Assembly: GCA_032718475.1 (NCBI GenBank) | Contig: JAUCBJ010008402.1 | Span: 62,007 to 126,006, forward strand | Length of the DNA stretch: 64,000 nt | Source of the DNA: Nemertoderma westbladi | Lineage: Eukaryota > Animalia > Xenacoelomorpha | Reading direction: 5' to 3' | In this document: positions 40,401 to 54,854 of the stretch, in pieces | How the letters are laid out: every line of letters starts with the position of its first letter | How positions within the stretch are numbered: the first letter of the stretch is position 1 | Notes under the pieces: model-generated | Seen by the model: the letters and a program-made list of their open reading frames with translations, nothing else | Databases searched by the model: none | What the model was told of the DNA's origin: nothing | Made by a program: the position numbers and the translations under genes

Positions 40401-43400
40401 AACCTTCCAGCTGCCCACTGTAAACTGTAAGATAACCTCAGCTACCAACCACCCAGCTGCCCACTGTAAACTGTAAGATAACCTCAGCTACCAACCTTCA
40501 GCTGCCCACTGTAAACTGTAAGATAACCTCAGCTACCAACCTCCCAGCTGCCACTGTAAACTGTAAGATAACCTCAGCTACCAACCACCCAGCTGCCACT
40601 GTAAACTGTAAGATAACCTCAGCTACCAACCTTCCAGCTGCCCACTGTAAACTGTAAGATAACCTCAGCTACCAACCATCCAGCAACCCACTGTAAACTG
40701 TAAGATAACCTCAGCTACCAACCATCCATCTGCCCACTGTAAACTGTAAGATAACCTCAGCTACCAACCATCCAGCTGCCTAAGGTAAACTGTAAGATAA
40801 CCTCAGCTACCAGCCTTCCAGCTGCCCACTGTAAACTGTAAGATAACCTCAGCTACCAACCTCCCAGCTGCCACTGTAAACTGTAAGATAACCTCAGCTA
40901 CCAACCTTCCAGCTGCCCACTGTAAACTGTAAGATAACCTCAGCTACCAACCTCCCAGCTGCCACTGTAAACTGTAAGATAACCTCAGCTACCAACCACC
41001 CAGCTGCCACTGTAAACTGTAAGATAACCTCAGCTACCAACCTTCCAGCTGCCCACTGTAAACTGTAAGATAACCTCAGCTACCAACCATCCAGCTGCCC
41101 ACTGTAAACTGTAAGATAACCTCAGCTACCAACCTTCCAGCTGCCACTGTAAACTGTAAGATAACCTCAGCTACCAACCTTCCAGCTGCCCACTGTAAAC
41201 TGTAAGATAACCTCAGCTACCAACCATCCAGCTGCCCACTGTAAACTGTAAGATAACCTCAGCTACCAACCTTCCAGCTGCCCACTGTAAACTGTAAGAT
41301 AACCTCAGCTACCAACCATCCAGCTGCCCACTGTAAACTGTAAGATAACCTCAGCTACCAACCTCCCAGCTGCCCACTGTAAATGTAAACTGTAAGATAA
41401 CCTCAGCTACCAACCTTCCTTCCAGCTGCCCACTGTAAACTGTAAGATAACCTCAGCTACCAACCTTCCAGCTGCCCACTGTAAACTGTAAGATAACCTC
41501 AGCTACCAACCTTCCAGCTGCCCACTGTAAACTGTAAGATAACCTCAGCTACCAACCTTCCAGCTGCCCACTGTAAACTGTAAGATAACCTCAGCTACCA
41601 ACCTTCCAGCTGCCCACTGTAAACTGTAAGATAACCTCAGCTACCAACCTTCCTTCCAGCTGCCCACTGTAAACTGTAAGATAACCTCGGCTACCAACCT
41701 CCTAGCTGCCCACTGTAAACTGTAAGATAACCTCAGCTACCAACCACCCAGCTGCCCACTGTAAACTGTAAGATAACCTCAGCTACCAACCTTCCAGCTG
41801 CCCACTGTAAACTGTAAGATAACCTCAGCTACCAACCACCCAGCTGCCCACTGTAAACTGTAAGATAACCTCAGCTACCAACCACCCAGCTGCCCACTGT
41901 AAACTGTAAGATAACCTCAGCTACCAACCTTCCAGCTGCCCACTGTAAACTGTAAGATAACCTCAGCTACCAACCACCCAGCTGCCCACTGTAAACTGTA
42001 AGATAACCTCAGCTACCAACCTTCCTTCCAGCTGCCAACTGTAAACTGTAAGATAACCTCGGCTACCAACCTCTTAGCTGCCCACTGTAAACTGTAAGAT
42101 AACCTCAGTTACCAACCTTCCTTCCAGCTGCCCACTGTAAACTGTAAGATAACCTCAGCTACCAACCTTCCTTCCAGCTGCCCACTGTAAACTGTAAGAT
42201 AACCTCAGCTACCAACCTCCCAGCTGCCACTGTAAACTGTAAGATAACCTCAGCTACCAACCACCCAGCTGCCCACTGTAAACTGTAAGATAACCTCAGC
42301 TACCAACCTCCCAGCTGCCACTGTAAACTGTAAGATAACCTCAGCTACCAACCACCCAGCTGCCCACTGTAAACTGTAAGATAACCTCAGCTACCAACCT
42401 CCCAGCTGCCAACTGTAAACTGTAAGATAACCTCAGCCACCAACCTTCCAGCTGCCCACTGTAAACTGTAAGATAACCTCATCTACCAGCCACCCAGCTG
42501 CCCACTGTAAACTGTAAGATAACCTCAGCTACCAACCTTCCAGCTGCCCACTGTAAACTGTAACATATACTCAGCTAACAACCACCCAGCTGCCCACTGT
42601 AAGCTGTAACATATACTCAGCTAGCAACCACCAAGCTAGCTGCCCACTGTAAGCTGTAACATATACTCAGCTAACAACCACCCAGCTGCCCACTGTAAGC
42701 TGTAACATATACTCAGCTAGCAACCACCCAGCTGCGCACTGTAAGCTGTAACATATACTCAGCTAGCAACCACCCAGCTGCGCACTGTAAGCTGTAACAT
42801 ATACTCAGCTAGCAACCTCCCAGCAGCCCATTGTAAGCTGTAAATTATACTCAGCTAGCAACCACCAAGCTGCCCACTGTAAGCTTTAACATATACGCAG
42901 CTAGCAACCTCCCAGCAGCCCACTGTAAGCTTTAACATATACTCAGCTAGCAACCACCAAGCTGCCCACTGTAAGCTGTAACATATACTCAGCTACCAAC
43001 CTTCCAGCTGCCCACTGTAAACTGTAACAATACTCAGCTAGCAACCACCCAGCTGCCCACTGTAAACTGTAACATATACTCAGCTACCAACCTTCCAGCT
43101 GCCCACTGTAAACTGTAACATATACTCAGCTAGCAACCTCCCAGCAGCCCATTGTAAGCTGTAAATTATACTCAGCTAGCAATCACCAAGCTGCCCACTG
43201 TAAGCTGTAACATATACTCAGCTAGCAACCTCCCAGCAGCCCATTGTAAGCTGTAAATTATACTCAGCTAGCAACCACCCAGCTGCCCACTACTGTAAGC
43301 TGTAAATTATACTGAGCTAGCAACCACCAAGCTGCCCACTGTAAGCTGTAACATATACTCAGCTGGAAACCTCCCAGCAGCCCATTGTAAGCTGTAAATT

Positions 43401-46400
43401 ATACTCAGCTAGCAACCACCAAGCTGCCCATTGTAAGCTGTAAATTATACTCAGCTAGCAACCACCAAGCTGCCCACTGTAAGCTGTAATATATACTCAG
43501 CTAGCAACCACCCAGCTGCCCACTACTGTAAGCTGTAAATTATACTCAGCTAGCAACCACCAAGCTGCCCACTGTAAGCTGTAACATATACTCAGCTGGA
43601 AACCTCCCAGCAGCCCATTGTAAGCTGTAAATTATACTCAGCTAGCAACCACCAAGCTTCCCATTGTAAGCTGTAAATTATACTCAGCTAGTAACCACCA
43701 AGCTGCCCACTGTAAGCTGTAACATATACTCAGCTAGCAACCTCCCAGCAGCCCATTGTAAGCTGTAAATTATACTCAGCTAGCAACCACCCAGCTGCCC
43801 ACTACTGTAAGCTGTAAATTATACTCAGCTAGCAACCACCAAGCTGCCCACTGTAAGCTGTAACATATACTCAGCTGGAAACTTCCCAGCAGCCCATTGT
43901 AAGCTGTAAATTATACTCAGCTAGCAACCACCAAGCTGCCCATTGTAAGCTGTAAATTATACTGAGCTAGCAACCACCAAGCTGCCCACTGTAAGCTGTA
44001 ACATATACTCAGCTAGCAACCACCCAGCTGCCCACTGTAAACTGTAACATATACTCAGCTACCAACCATCCAGCTGCCCACTATAAGCTGTTACATATAC
44101 TCAGCTAGCAGCCACCCAGCTGCCCACTGTAAGCTGTATCATATACTCAGCTAGCAACCACGAAGCTGCCCACTGTAAGCTGTAACATATACTCAGCTAG
44201 CAGCCACCCAGCTGCTCAATGTAAGCTGTAACATATACTCAGTTACCAACTACCCAGCTGCCCACTGTAAGCTGTAACATATACTCAGCTACCAACCACC
44301 CAGCTGCCCACTGTAAGCTGTAACATATACTCAGCTAGCAACCACCCAGCTGCGCACTGTAAGCTGTAACATATACTCAGCTAGCAACCACCCAGCTGCG
44401 CACTGTAAGCTGTAACATATACTCAGCTAGCAACCTCCCAGCAGCCCATTGTAAGCTGTAAGATAACCTCGGCTACCAACCATCCTTCCAGCTGCCCACT
44501 GTAAACTGTAAGATAACCTCAGCTACCAACCTTCCTTCCAGCTGCCAACTGTAAACTGTAAGATAACTTCAGCTACCAACCTCCCAGCTGGCCACTGTAA
44601 ACTGTAAGATAACCTCAGCTACCAACCTTCCAGCTGCCCACTGTAAACTGTAAGATAACCTCATCTACCAACCTTCCTTCCAGCTGCCCACTGTAAACTG
44701 TAAGATAACCTCGGCTACCAACCTTCCAGCTGCTCACTGTAAACTGTAAGATAACCTCAGCTACCAACCTTCCTTCCAGCTGCCAACTGTAAACTGTAAG
44801 ATAACCTCGGCTACCAACCATCCTTCCAGCTGCCAACTGTAAACTGTAAGATAACCTCAGCTACCAACCTTCCAGCTGCCCACTGTAAACTGTAAGATAA
44901 CCTCGGCTACCAACCATCCAGCTGCCCACTGTAAACTGTAAGATAACCTCAGCTACCAACCTTCCAGCTGCCCACTGTAAACTGTAAGATAACCTCAGCT
45001 ACCAACCTTCCAGCTGCCCACTGTAAACTGTAAGATAACCTCGGCTACCAACCATCCAGCAACCCACTGTAAACTGTAAGATAACCTCAGCTACCAACCT
45101 TCCAGCTGCCCACTGTAAACTGTAAGATAACCTCGGCTACCAACCATCCAGCAACCCACTGTAAACTGTAAGATAACCTCAGCTACCAACCTTCCAGCTG
45201 CACACTGTAAACTGTAAGATAACCTCAGCTACCAACCTTCCTTCCAGCTGCCCACTGTAAACTGTAAGATAACCTCGGCTACCAACCTTCCAGCTGCCCA
45301 CTGTAAACTGTAAGATAACCTCAGTTACCAACCTTCCTTCCAGCTGCCAACTGTAAACTGTAAGATAACCTCAGCTACCAACCTTCCAGCTGCCCACTGT
45401 AAACTGTAAGATAACCTCGGCTACCAACCATCCAGCAACCCACTGTAAACTGTAAGATAACCTCAGCTACCAACCTTCCAGCTGCACACTGTAAACTGTA
45501 AGATAACCTCAGCTACCAACCTTCCAGCTGCCCACTGTAAACTGTAAGATAACCTCAGCTACCAACCTTCCAGCTGCCCACTGTAAACTGTAAGATAACC
45601 TCAACTACCAACCACCAAGCTGTCCACTGTAAGCTGTAACATATAATCAGCTACCAACCACCCAGCTGCCCACTGTAAACTGTAACATATACTCAGCTAG
45701 CAACCACCAAGCTGCCCACTGTAAGCTGTAACATGGGTGCCCACTGTAAGCTGTAACATATACTCAACTAGCAACCACCCAGCTGCGCACTGTAAGCTGT
45801 AACATATACTCAGCTAGCAGCCACTCAGCTGCCCAATGTAAGCTGTAACATATACTCAGCTAGCAGCCACCCAGCTGCCCACTGTAAGCTGTAACATATA
45901 CTCAGCTAGCAACCACCAAGCAGCCCACTGTAAGCTGTAACATATACTCAGCTACCAACCTTCCAGCTGCCCACTGTAAGCTGTTACATATACTCAGCTA
46001 GCAACCACCAAGCTGCCCAATGTAAGCTGTAACATATACTCAGCTAGCAACCACCAAGCTGCCCACTGTAAGCTGTAACATATACTCAGCTAGCAACCAC
46101 CCAGCTGCCCAATGTAAGCTGTAACATATAATCTGCTCGAAACAACCCAGCTGCCCACTGTAAGCTGTAACATATACTCAGCTAGCAACCACCCAGCTGC
46201 CCAATGTAAGCTGTAACATATACTCTGCTAGCAACCACCCAGCTGCCCACTGTAAGCTGTAACATATACTCTGCTACCAACCACCCAGCTGCCCACTGTA
46301 AGCTGTAACATATACTCAGCTACCAACCACCCAGCTGCCCACTGTAAACTGTAACATATACTCAGCTACCAACTACCCAGCTGCACACTGTAAGCTGTAA

Positions 46401-49400
46401 CATATACTCAGCTAGCAACCACCCAGCTGCCCACTGTAAGCTGTAACATATACTCAGCTACCAACCACCCAGCTGCCACTGTAAACTGTAACATATACTC
46501 AGCTACCAACTACTCAGCTGCCCACTGTAAGCTGTAACATATACTCAGCTAGCAACCACCCAGCTGCCCACTGTAAGCTGTAACATATACTCAGCTACCA
46601 ACCACCAAGCTGCCCACTGTAAGCTGTAACATATACTCAGCTACCAACCACCCAGCTGCCCACTGTAAGCTGTAACATATACTCAGCTACCAACCACCCA
46701 GCTGCCACTGTAAACTGTAACATATACTCAGCTACCAACTACCCAGCTGCCCACTGTAAGCTGTAACATATACTCAGCTAGCAACCACCCAGCTGCCCAC
46801 TGTAAGCTGTAACATATACTCAGCTACCAACCACCAACCTGAACAATGTAAGCTGTAACATATACTCAGCTACCAACCACCCAGCTGCCCACTGTAAGCT
46901 GTAACATATACTCAGCTACCAACCACCAAGTTGCCAACTGTAAACTGTAACATATACTCAGCTACCAACTACCCAGCTGCCCACTGTAAGCTGTAACATA
47001 TGCTCAGCTAGCAACCACCAAGCAGCCCACTGTAAGCTGTAACATATACTCAGCTACCAACCTTCCAGCTGCCCACTGTAAGCTGTTACATATACTCAGC
47101 TAGCAACCACCAAGCTGCCCAATGTAAGCTGTAACATATACTCAGCTAGCAACCACCAAGCTGCCCACTGTAAGCTGTAACATATACTCAGCTAGCAACC
47201 ACCCAGCTGCCCACTGTAAGCTTTAACATATACTCAGCTAGCAACCACCCAGCTGCCCAATGTAAGCTGTAACATATAATCTGCTAGCAACAACCCAGCT
47301 GCCCACTGTAAGCTGTAACATATACTCAGCTAGCAACCTCCCAGCTGCCCAATGTAAGCTGTAACATATACTCTGCTAGCAACCACCCAGCTGCCCACTG
47401 TAAGCTGTAACATATACTCTGCTACCAACCACCCAGCTGCCCACTGTAAGCTGTAAATTATACTCAGCTAGCAACCACCAAGCTGCCCACTGTAAGCTGT
47501 AACATATACTCAGCTGGAAACCTCCCAGCAGCCCATTGTAAGCTGTAAATTATACTCAGCTAGCAACCACCAAGCTGCCCATTGTAAGCTGTAAATTATA
47601 CTCAGCTAGCAACCACCAAGCTGCCCACTGTAAGCTGTAACATATACTCAGCTAGCAACCTCCCAGCAGCCCATTGTAAGCTGTAAATTATACTCAGCTA
47701 GCAACCACCCAGCTGCCCACTACTGTAAGCTGTAAATTATACTCAGCTAGCAACCACCAAGCTGCCCACTGTAGGCTGTAACATATACTCAGCTGGAAAC
47801 CTCCCAGCAGCCCATTGTAAGCTGTAAATTATACTCAGCTAGCAACCACCAAGCTGCCCATTGTAAGCTGTAAATTATACTCAGCTAGCAACCACCAAGC
47901 TGCCCACTGTAAGCTGTAACATATACTCAGCTACCAACCACCCAGCTGCCCACTGTAAACTGTAACATATACTCAGCTACCAACCTTTCAGCTGCCCACT
48001 GTAAGCTGTAACATATACTCAGCTAGCAACCTCCCAGCAGCCCACTGTAAGCTGTATATTATACTCAGCTAGCAACCACCAAGCTGCCCACTGTAAGCTG
48101 TAACATATACTCAGCTACCAACCACCCAGCTGCCCACTGTAAGCTGTAACATATACTCAGCTACCAACCACCAAGTTGCCCACTGTAAACTGTAACATAT
48201 ACTCAGCTACCAACTACCCAGCTGCCCACTGTAAGCTGTAACATATACTCAGCTAGCAACCTCCCAGCAGCCCACTGTAAGCTGTAACATATACTCAGCT
48301 ACCAACCACCCAGCTGCCCACTGTAAGCTGTAACATATACTCAGGTAGCAACCTCCCAGCAGCCCACTGTAAGCTGTAACATATACTCAGCTTCCAACCA
48401 CCCAGCTGCGCACTGTAAGCTGTAACATATACTCAGCTAGCAGCCACCCAGCTGCGCACTGTAAGCTGTAACATATACTCAGCTACCAACCACCCAGCTG
48501 CCCACTGTAAACTGTAACATATACTCAGCTACTAACTACCCAGCTGCCCACTGTAAGCTGTAACATATACTCAGCTAGCAACCACCCAGCTGCCCACTGT
48601 AAGCTGTAACATATACTCAGCTACCAACCACCCAGCTGCCCACTGTAAACTGTAACATATACTCAGCTAGCTACCTCCCAGCAGCCCACTGTAAGCTGTA
48701 ACATATAATCTGCTCGAAACAACCCAGCTGCCCACTGTAAGCTGTAACATATACTCAGCTAGCAACCACCCAGCTGCCCAATGTAAGCTGTAACATATAC
48801 TCTGCTAGCAACCACCCAGCTGCCCACTGTAAGCTGTAACATATACTCTGCTACCAACCACCCAGCTGCCCACTGTAAGCTGTAACATATACTCAGCTAC
48901 CAACCACCCAGCTGCCCACTGTAAACTGTAACATATACTCAGCTACCAACTACCCAGCTGCACACTGTAAGCTGTAACATATACTCAGCTAGCAACCACC
49001 CAGCTGCCCACTGTAAGCTGTAACATATACTCAGCTACCAACCACCCAGCTGCCACTGTAAACTGTAACATATACTCAGCTACCAACTACTCAGCTGCCC
49101 ACTGTAAGCTGTAACATATACTCAGCTAGCAACCACCCAGCTGCCCACTGTAAGCTGTAACATATACTCAGCTACCAACCACCAAGCTGCCCACTGTAAG
49201 CTGTAACATATACTCAGCTACCAACCACCCAGCTGCCCACTGTAAGCTGTAACATATACTCAGCTACCAACCACCCAGCTGCCACTGTAAACTGTAACAT
49301 ATACTCAGCTACCAACTACCCAGCTGCCCACTGTAAGCTGTAACATATACTCAGCTAGCAACCACCCAGCTGCCCACTGTAAGCTGTAACATATACTCAG

Positions 49401-52400
49401 CTACCAACCACCAACCTGAACAATGTAAGCTGTAACATATACTCAGCTACCAACCACCCAGCTGCCCACTGTAAGCTGTAACATATACTCAGCTACCAAC
49501 CACCAAGTTGCCAACTGTAAACTGTAACATATACTCAGCTACCAACTACCCAGCTGCCCACTGTAAGCTGTAACATATGCTCAGCTAGCAACCACCAAGC
49601 AGCCCACTGTAAGCTGTAACATATACTCAGCTACCAACCTTCCAGCTGCCCACTGTAAGCTGTTACATATACTCAGCTAGCAACCACCAAGCTGCCCAAT
49701 GTAAGCTGTAACATATACTCAGCTAGCAACCACCAAGCTGCCCACTGTAAGCTGTAACATATACTCAGCTAGCAACCACCCAGCTGCCCACTGTAAGCTT
49801 TAACATATACTCAGCTAGCAACCACCCAGCTGCCCAATGTAAGCTGTAACATATAATCTGCTAGCAACAACCCAGCTGCCCACTGTAAGCTGTAACATAT
49901 ACTCAGCTAGCAACCTCCCAGCTGCCCAATGTAAGCTGTAACATATACTCTGCTAGCAACCACCCAGCTGCCCACTGTAAGCTGTAACATATACTCTGCT
50001 ACCAACCACCCAGCTGCCCACTGTAAGCTGTAAATTATACTCAGCTAGCAACCACCAAGCTGCCCACTGTAAGCTGTAACATATACTCAGCTGGAAACCT
50101 CCCAGCAGCCCATTGTAAGCTGTAAATTATACTCAGCTAGCAACCACCAAGCTGCCCATTGTAAGCTGTAAATTATACTCAGCTAGCAACCACCAAGCTG
50201 CCCACTGTAAGCTGTAACATATACTCAGCTAGCAACCTCCCAGCAGCCCATTGTAAGCTGTAAATTATACTCAGCTAGCAACCACCCAGCTGCCCACTAC
50301 TGTAAGCTGTAAATTATACTCAGCTAGCAACCACCAAGCTGCCCACTGTAGGCTGTAACATATACTCAGCTGGAAACCTCCCAGCAGCCCATTGTAAGCT
50401 GTAAATTATACTCAGCTAGCAACCACCAAGCTGCCCATTGTAAGCTGTAAATTATACTCAGCTAGCAACCACCAAGCTGCCCACTGTAAGCTGTAACATA
50501 TACTCAGCTACCAACCACCCAGCTGCCCACTGTAAACTGTAACATATACTCAGCTACCAACCTTTCAGCTGCCCACTGTAAGCTGTAACATATACTCAGC
50601 TAGCAACCTCCCAGCAGCCCACTGTAAGCTGTATATTATACTCAGCTAGCAACCACCAAGCTGCCCACTGTAAGCTGTAACATATACTCAGCTACCAACC
50701 ACCCAGCTGCCCACTGTAAGCTGTAACATATACTCAGCTACCAACCACCAAGTTGCCCACTGTAAACTGTAACATATACTCAGCTACCAACTACCCAGCT
50801 GCCCACTGTAAGCTGTAACATATACTCAGCTAGCAACCTCCCAGCAGCCCACTGTAAGCTGTAACATATACTCAGCTACCAACCACCCAGCTGCCCACTG
50901 TAAGCTGTAACATATACTCAGGTAGCAACCTCCCAGCAGCCCACTGTAAGCTGTAACATATACTCAGCTTCCAACCACCCAGCTGCGCACTGTAAGCTGT
51001 AACATATACTCAGCTAGCAGCCACCCAGCTGCGCACTGTAAGCTGTAACATATACTCAGCTACCAACCACCCAGCTGCCCACTGTAAACTGTAACATATA
51101 CTCAGCTACTAACTACCCAGCTGCCCACTGTAAGCTGTAACATATACTCAGCTAGCAACCACCCAGCTGCCCACTGTAAGCTGTAACATATACTCAGCTA
51201 CCAACCACCCAGCTGCCCACTGTAAACTGTAACATATACTCAGCTAGCTACCTCCCAGCAGCCCACTGTAATCTGTAACATATACTCAGCTACCAACCAC
51301 CCAGCTGCCCACTGTAAGCTGTAACATATACTCTGCTACCAACCACCCAGCTGCCCACTGTAAGCTGTAACATATATTCAGCTACCAACCACCTAGCTGC
51401 CCACTGTAAACTGTAACATTACTCAGCTACCAACTACCCAGCTGCCCACTGTAAACTGTAATATATACTCAGCTACCAACTACCCAGCTGCCCACTGTAA
51501 GCTGTAACATATACTCAGCTACCAACTACCCAGCTGCCCACTGTAAGCTGTAACATATACTCAGCTAGCAACCACCCAGCTGCCCACTGTAAGCTGTAAC
51601 ATATACTCAGCTACCAACCACCAAGTTGCCCACTGTAAGCTGTAACATATGCTCAGCTAGCAACCACCAAGCTGCCCACTGTAAGCTGTAACATATACTC
51701 AGCTACCAACCACCAAGTTGCCCACTGTAAGCTGTAACATATGCTCAGCTAGCAACCACCAAGCTGCCCACTGTAAGCTGTGACATATACTCAGCTACCA
51801 ACCACCAAGCTGCCCACTGTAAGCTGTAACATATGCTCAGCTAGCAACCACCAAGCTGCCCACTGTAAGCTGTAACATATACTCAGCTACCAACCACCCA
51901 GCTGCCCACTGTAAACTGTAACATATGCTCAGCTAGCAACCACCAAGCTGCCCACTGTAAGCTGTAACATATACTCAGCTACCAACCACCAAGTTGCCCA
52001 CTGTAAGCTGTAACATATGCTCAGCTAGCAACCACCAAGCTGCCCACTGTAAGCTGTAACATATACTCAGCTACCAACCACCCAGCTGCCCACTGTAAAC
52101 TGTAACATATGCTCAGCTAGCAACCACCAAGCTGCCCACTGTAAGCTGTAACATATACTCAGCTACCAACCACCAAGTTGCCCACTGTAAGCTGTAACAT
52201 ATGCTCAGCTAGCAACCACCAAGCTGCCCACTGTAAGCTATGACATATACTCAGCTACCAACCACCAAGCTGCCCACTGTAAGCTGTAACATATGCTCAG
52301 CTAGCAACCACCAAGCTGCCCACTGTAAGCTGTAACATATACTCAGCTACCAACCACCCAGCTGCCCACTGTAAACTGTAACATATGCTCAGCTAGCAAC

Positions 52401-52721
52401 CACCAAGCTGCCCACTGTAAGCTGTAACATATACTCAGCTACCAACCACCAAGTTGCCCACTGTAAGCTGTAACATATGCTCAGCTAGCAACCACCAAGC
52501 TGCCCACTGTAAGCTGTAACATATACTCAGCTACCAACCACCCAGCTGCCCACTGTAAACTGTAACATATGCTCAGCTAGCAACCACCAAGCTGCCCACT
52601 GTAAGCTGTAACATATACTCAGCTACCAACCACCAAGTTGCCCACTGTAAGCTGTAACATATGCTCAGCTAGCAACCACCAAGTTGCCCACTATAAGCTG
52701 TAACATATGCTCAGCTAGCAA
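16497..52721. repeat. 46-bp tandem satellite, about 36 kb (roughly 780 units), two subfamilies
   Basis: Type A CCACTGTAAACTGTAAGATAACCTCAGCTACCAACCTTCCAGCTGC; type B CCACTGTAAGCTGTAACATATACTCAGCTAGCAACCACCCAGCTGC. 45- and 50-bp variants occur (loss of C, extra TTCC). Confidence 0.99.
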
Positions 52722-53451
52722 TCAGAATCTCCCAGCATCCCCTACTGTGTTTTCCTGGACTCTGGGATTCCAAATATTCCCTAACAACGGATTCCTTCCA
52801 TGAGATTATCGATTTATCCTCTTTATATAAAATATTATTAGTAGTAGTAGTAGCTCGTAGTGTCTCATCTCACAATAATTTGGTACCAACATATTGTCCT
52901 TTGGAAGGGAGTACGGTATTTTTCGTAGAATATTTATTCCGCTTTCACGAAATAATATTTTCATATCGTAAATATATTACCGGTATACAGTTTTTTTAGG
53001 ACGACTGGTGCAATTTTATTCATTCCTAATGTACAGCAGTTATGGCTGATATTTTTTTATTAACCCTAATATAATTTTTATAAAGTATTTGTTATAAATT
53101 CTTTACTCTCTGTATTTTGTAATTTACTTTTATCCAAATTCATCAACTTTTAACAGATTTCCCCAATTTAATAGTTAAAATAATTGTAACGTAATGTAAA
53201 CAACAGATATGTACACCTTCAACAGTGTTATATTACCGGTGAGTGGAAACAATATCAAAACTTGGTCCTTTCCTACTGCTATATCAGTTTTTATTTTCAT
53301 GCCTCTTGTGAAGCTGTCCGAAGCGGTAAGCATTAATTATCAAACAACTTTATTTATGTAATACAATTTGTTTTATCGTAGTTGTTTGCAGTAATTGTTT
53401 TAATGTTTTTGGTTGTTTTTCGAATAACTTGATGTACCGCTTTGACTTTTA

Positions 53452-53602
53452 CAGGTACCGGTTAACTATATGTTAATTGTTAATATGTCAGTACCGGTTA
53501 AATATGTGTTAACCTATGTTAACCAGTACAGTACCGATTAAATATATGTTAACATGTACAGTACCGATTAAATATGTTAACATGTATGTATAGTACCGGT
53601 TA
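53452..53602. repeat. Degenerate ~30-bp AT-rich minisatellite
   Basis: Repeats of cagtaccg[g/a]ttaaatat[a/g]tgttaacatgta. Confidence 0.7.
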
Positions 53603-53677
53603 CTACTACAATCGTCATGCTGCATTGCAGCTGCGTTATATATATATATTACATATATAAGAATTGGATATATATTA

Positions 53678-54320
53678 TTCACAACTCCCTATCACTCATG
53701 ACATTTGCTAGATCATTCGCATCTTCAAGGCCAGTGTCCTTTAAGATGCGTCTCAAGAAAGTCATGGGCTGTCCACCATGCTTATTCACTCCATGAGGCT
53801 GCCAAAGTACAAGATTATGCACTGGCTAGTCCTCACGGCGAAAGCAATGACCTGCAAAGCGGAGATGATTTTGTTTTAGTGTCAAGCTTGGGGGAACCAA
53901 TGAGACACCTCCAATGTTATATAGTGTCTGGTTGGAGATGTGTGCATTGTACTTGACACAATGAACCCGGCGTAGCATTCTTGTGAATGTGCCATCCAGA
54001 GATTTGGTGTCTTCAGCAGTTAGAGCCCAGCATGGACTCCCGTAGAGGGGTACTGGAACTACTGCTGCTCTAAATAATCGGACCTTAAGTTTCCGATTAA
54101 TTCTCGGTGACTTCCAAATCCTGGAAAGCCTATTCAAGGCTGCCCATGCCTTTCCCTTACGTATTCGAAGGTCCTCACCTGACTTCCGGATCCATGATCC
54201 CAGGTAACAGAAGTCGTCCACATGCTCAAGCATACCATCCTTTGAGCTTATGCTCATCCGATCAGAGACTTGCTCGAGGACTTTCAAAGATAACTGTCAA
54301 AATTTTGGAGCGGAGGCGAC
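53678..54320 (-). mobile_element. RTE-type LINE 3' fragment (RT C-terminus), family 1
   Basis: VDDFCYLGSWI...RKGKAWAALNRLSRIWKS...LFRAAVVPVPLYGSPCWALT...LRFAGHCFR..LWQPHG. Confidence 0.9.
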
Positions 54321-54477
54321 TTTGTTCTAGTGTCAAGCTTGGGGAACCAATGAGACACCTCCAATGTTATATAGTGTCTGGTTGGAGATGTGTGCATTGT
54401 GCTTCACATAATGAACCGGGCGCAGCAGGGGTACCGATATGACATAATATGTCAACCTGTACAGTACCAGATTAATT

Positions 54478-54842
54478 AGCTCTAAGGATGGTGTTGTTGA
54501 GCATGTGGACGACTTCTGTTACCACCTGGGATCATGGATCCGGAAGTCAGGTGAGGACCTTCGAATACGTAAGGGAAAGGCATGGGCAGCCTTGAATAGG
54601 CTTTCCCGGATTTGGAAGTCACCGAGAATTAATCGGAAACTTAAGGTCCGATTATTTAGAGCAGCAGTAGTTCCAGTACTCCTCTATGGGAGTCCATGCT
54701 GGGCTCTAACTGCTGAGGACAACAAATCTCTGGATGACACATTTACAAGAATGCTACGCCGGGTTCACTTTATCAAGTACAATGAACACATCTCCAACCA
54801 AACACGATATACCATTGGAGGTGTCTCAATGGTTCCCTCAAG
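54478..54842 (+). mobile_element. Inverted second copy of the RTE family 1 fragment
   Basis: Near-identical reverse complement of ~53887-54248; ORF 54505 encodes almost the same peptide. Confidence 0.9.
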
Positions 54843-54854
54843 ATTGGGACTTAA

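Noticed and set aside
21364-44836. Short ORFs in the 46-bp satellite
   Set aside because: Chance runs of variants lacking stops.
1-52721. CRISPR array interpretation of either satellite (the 47-mer has a hairpin)
   Set aside because: Units are contiguous with no unique spacers, there are no cas genes, and the context is eukaryotic.
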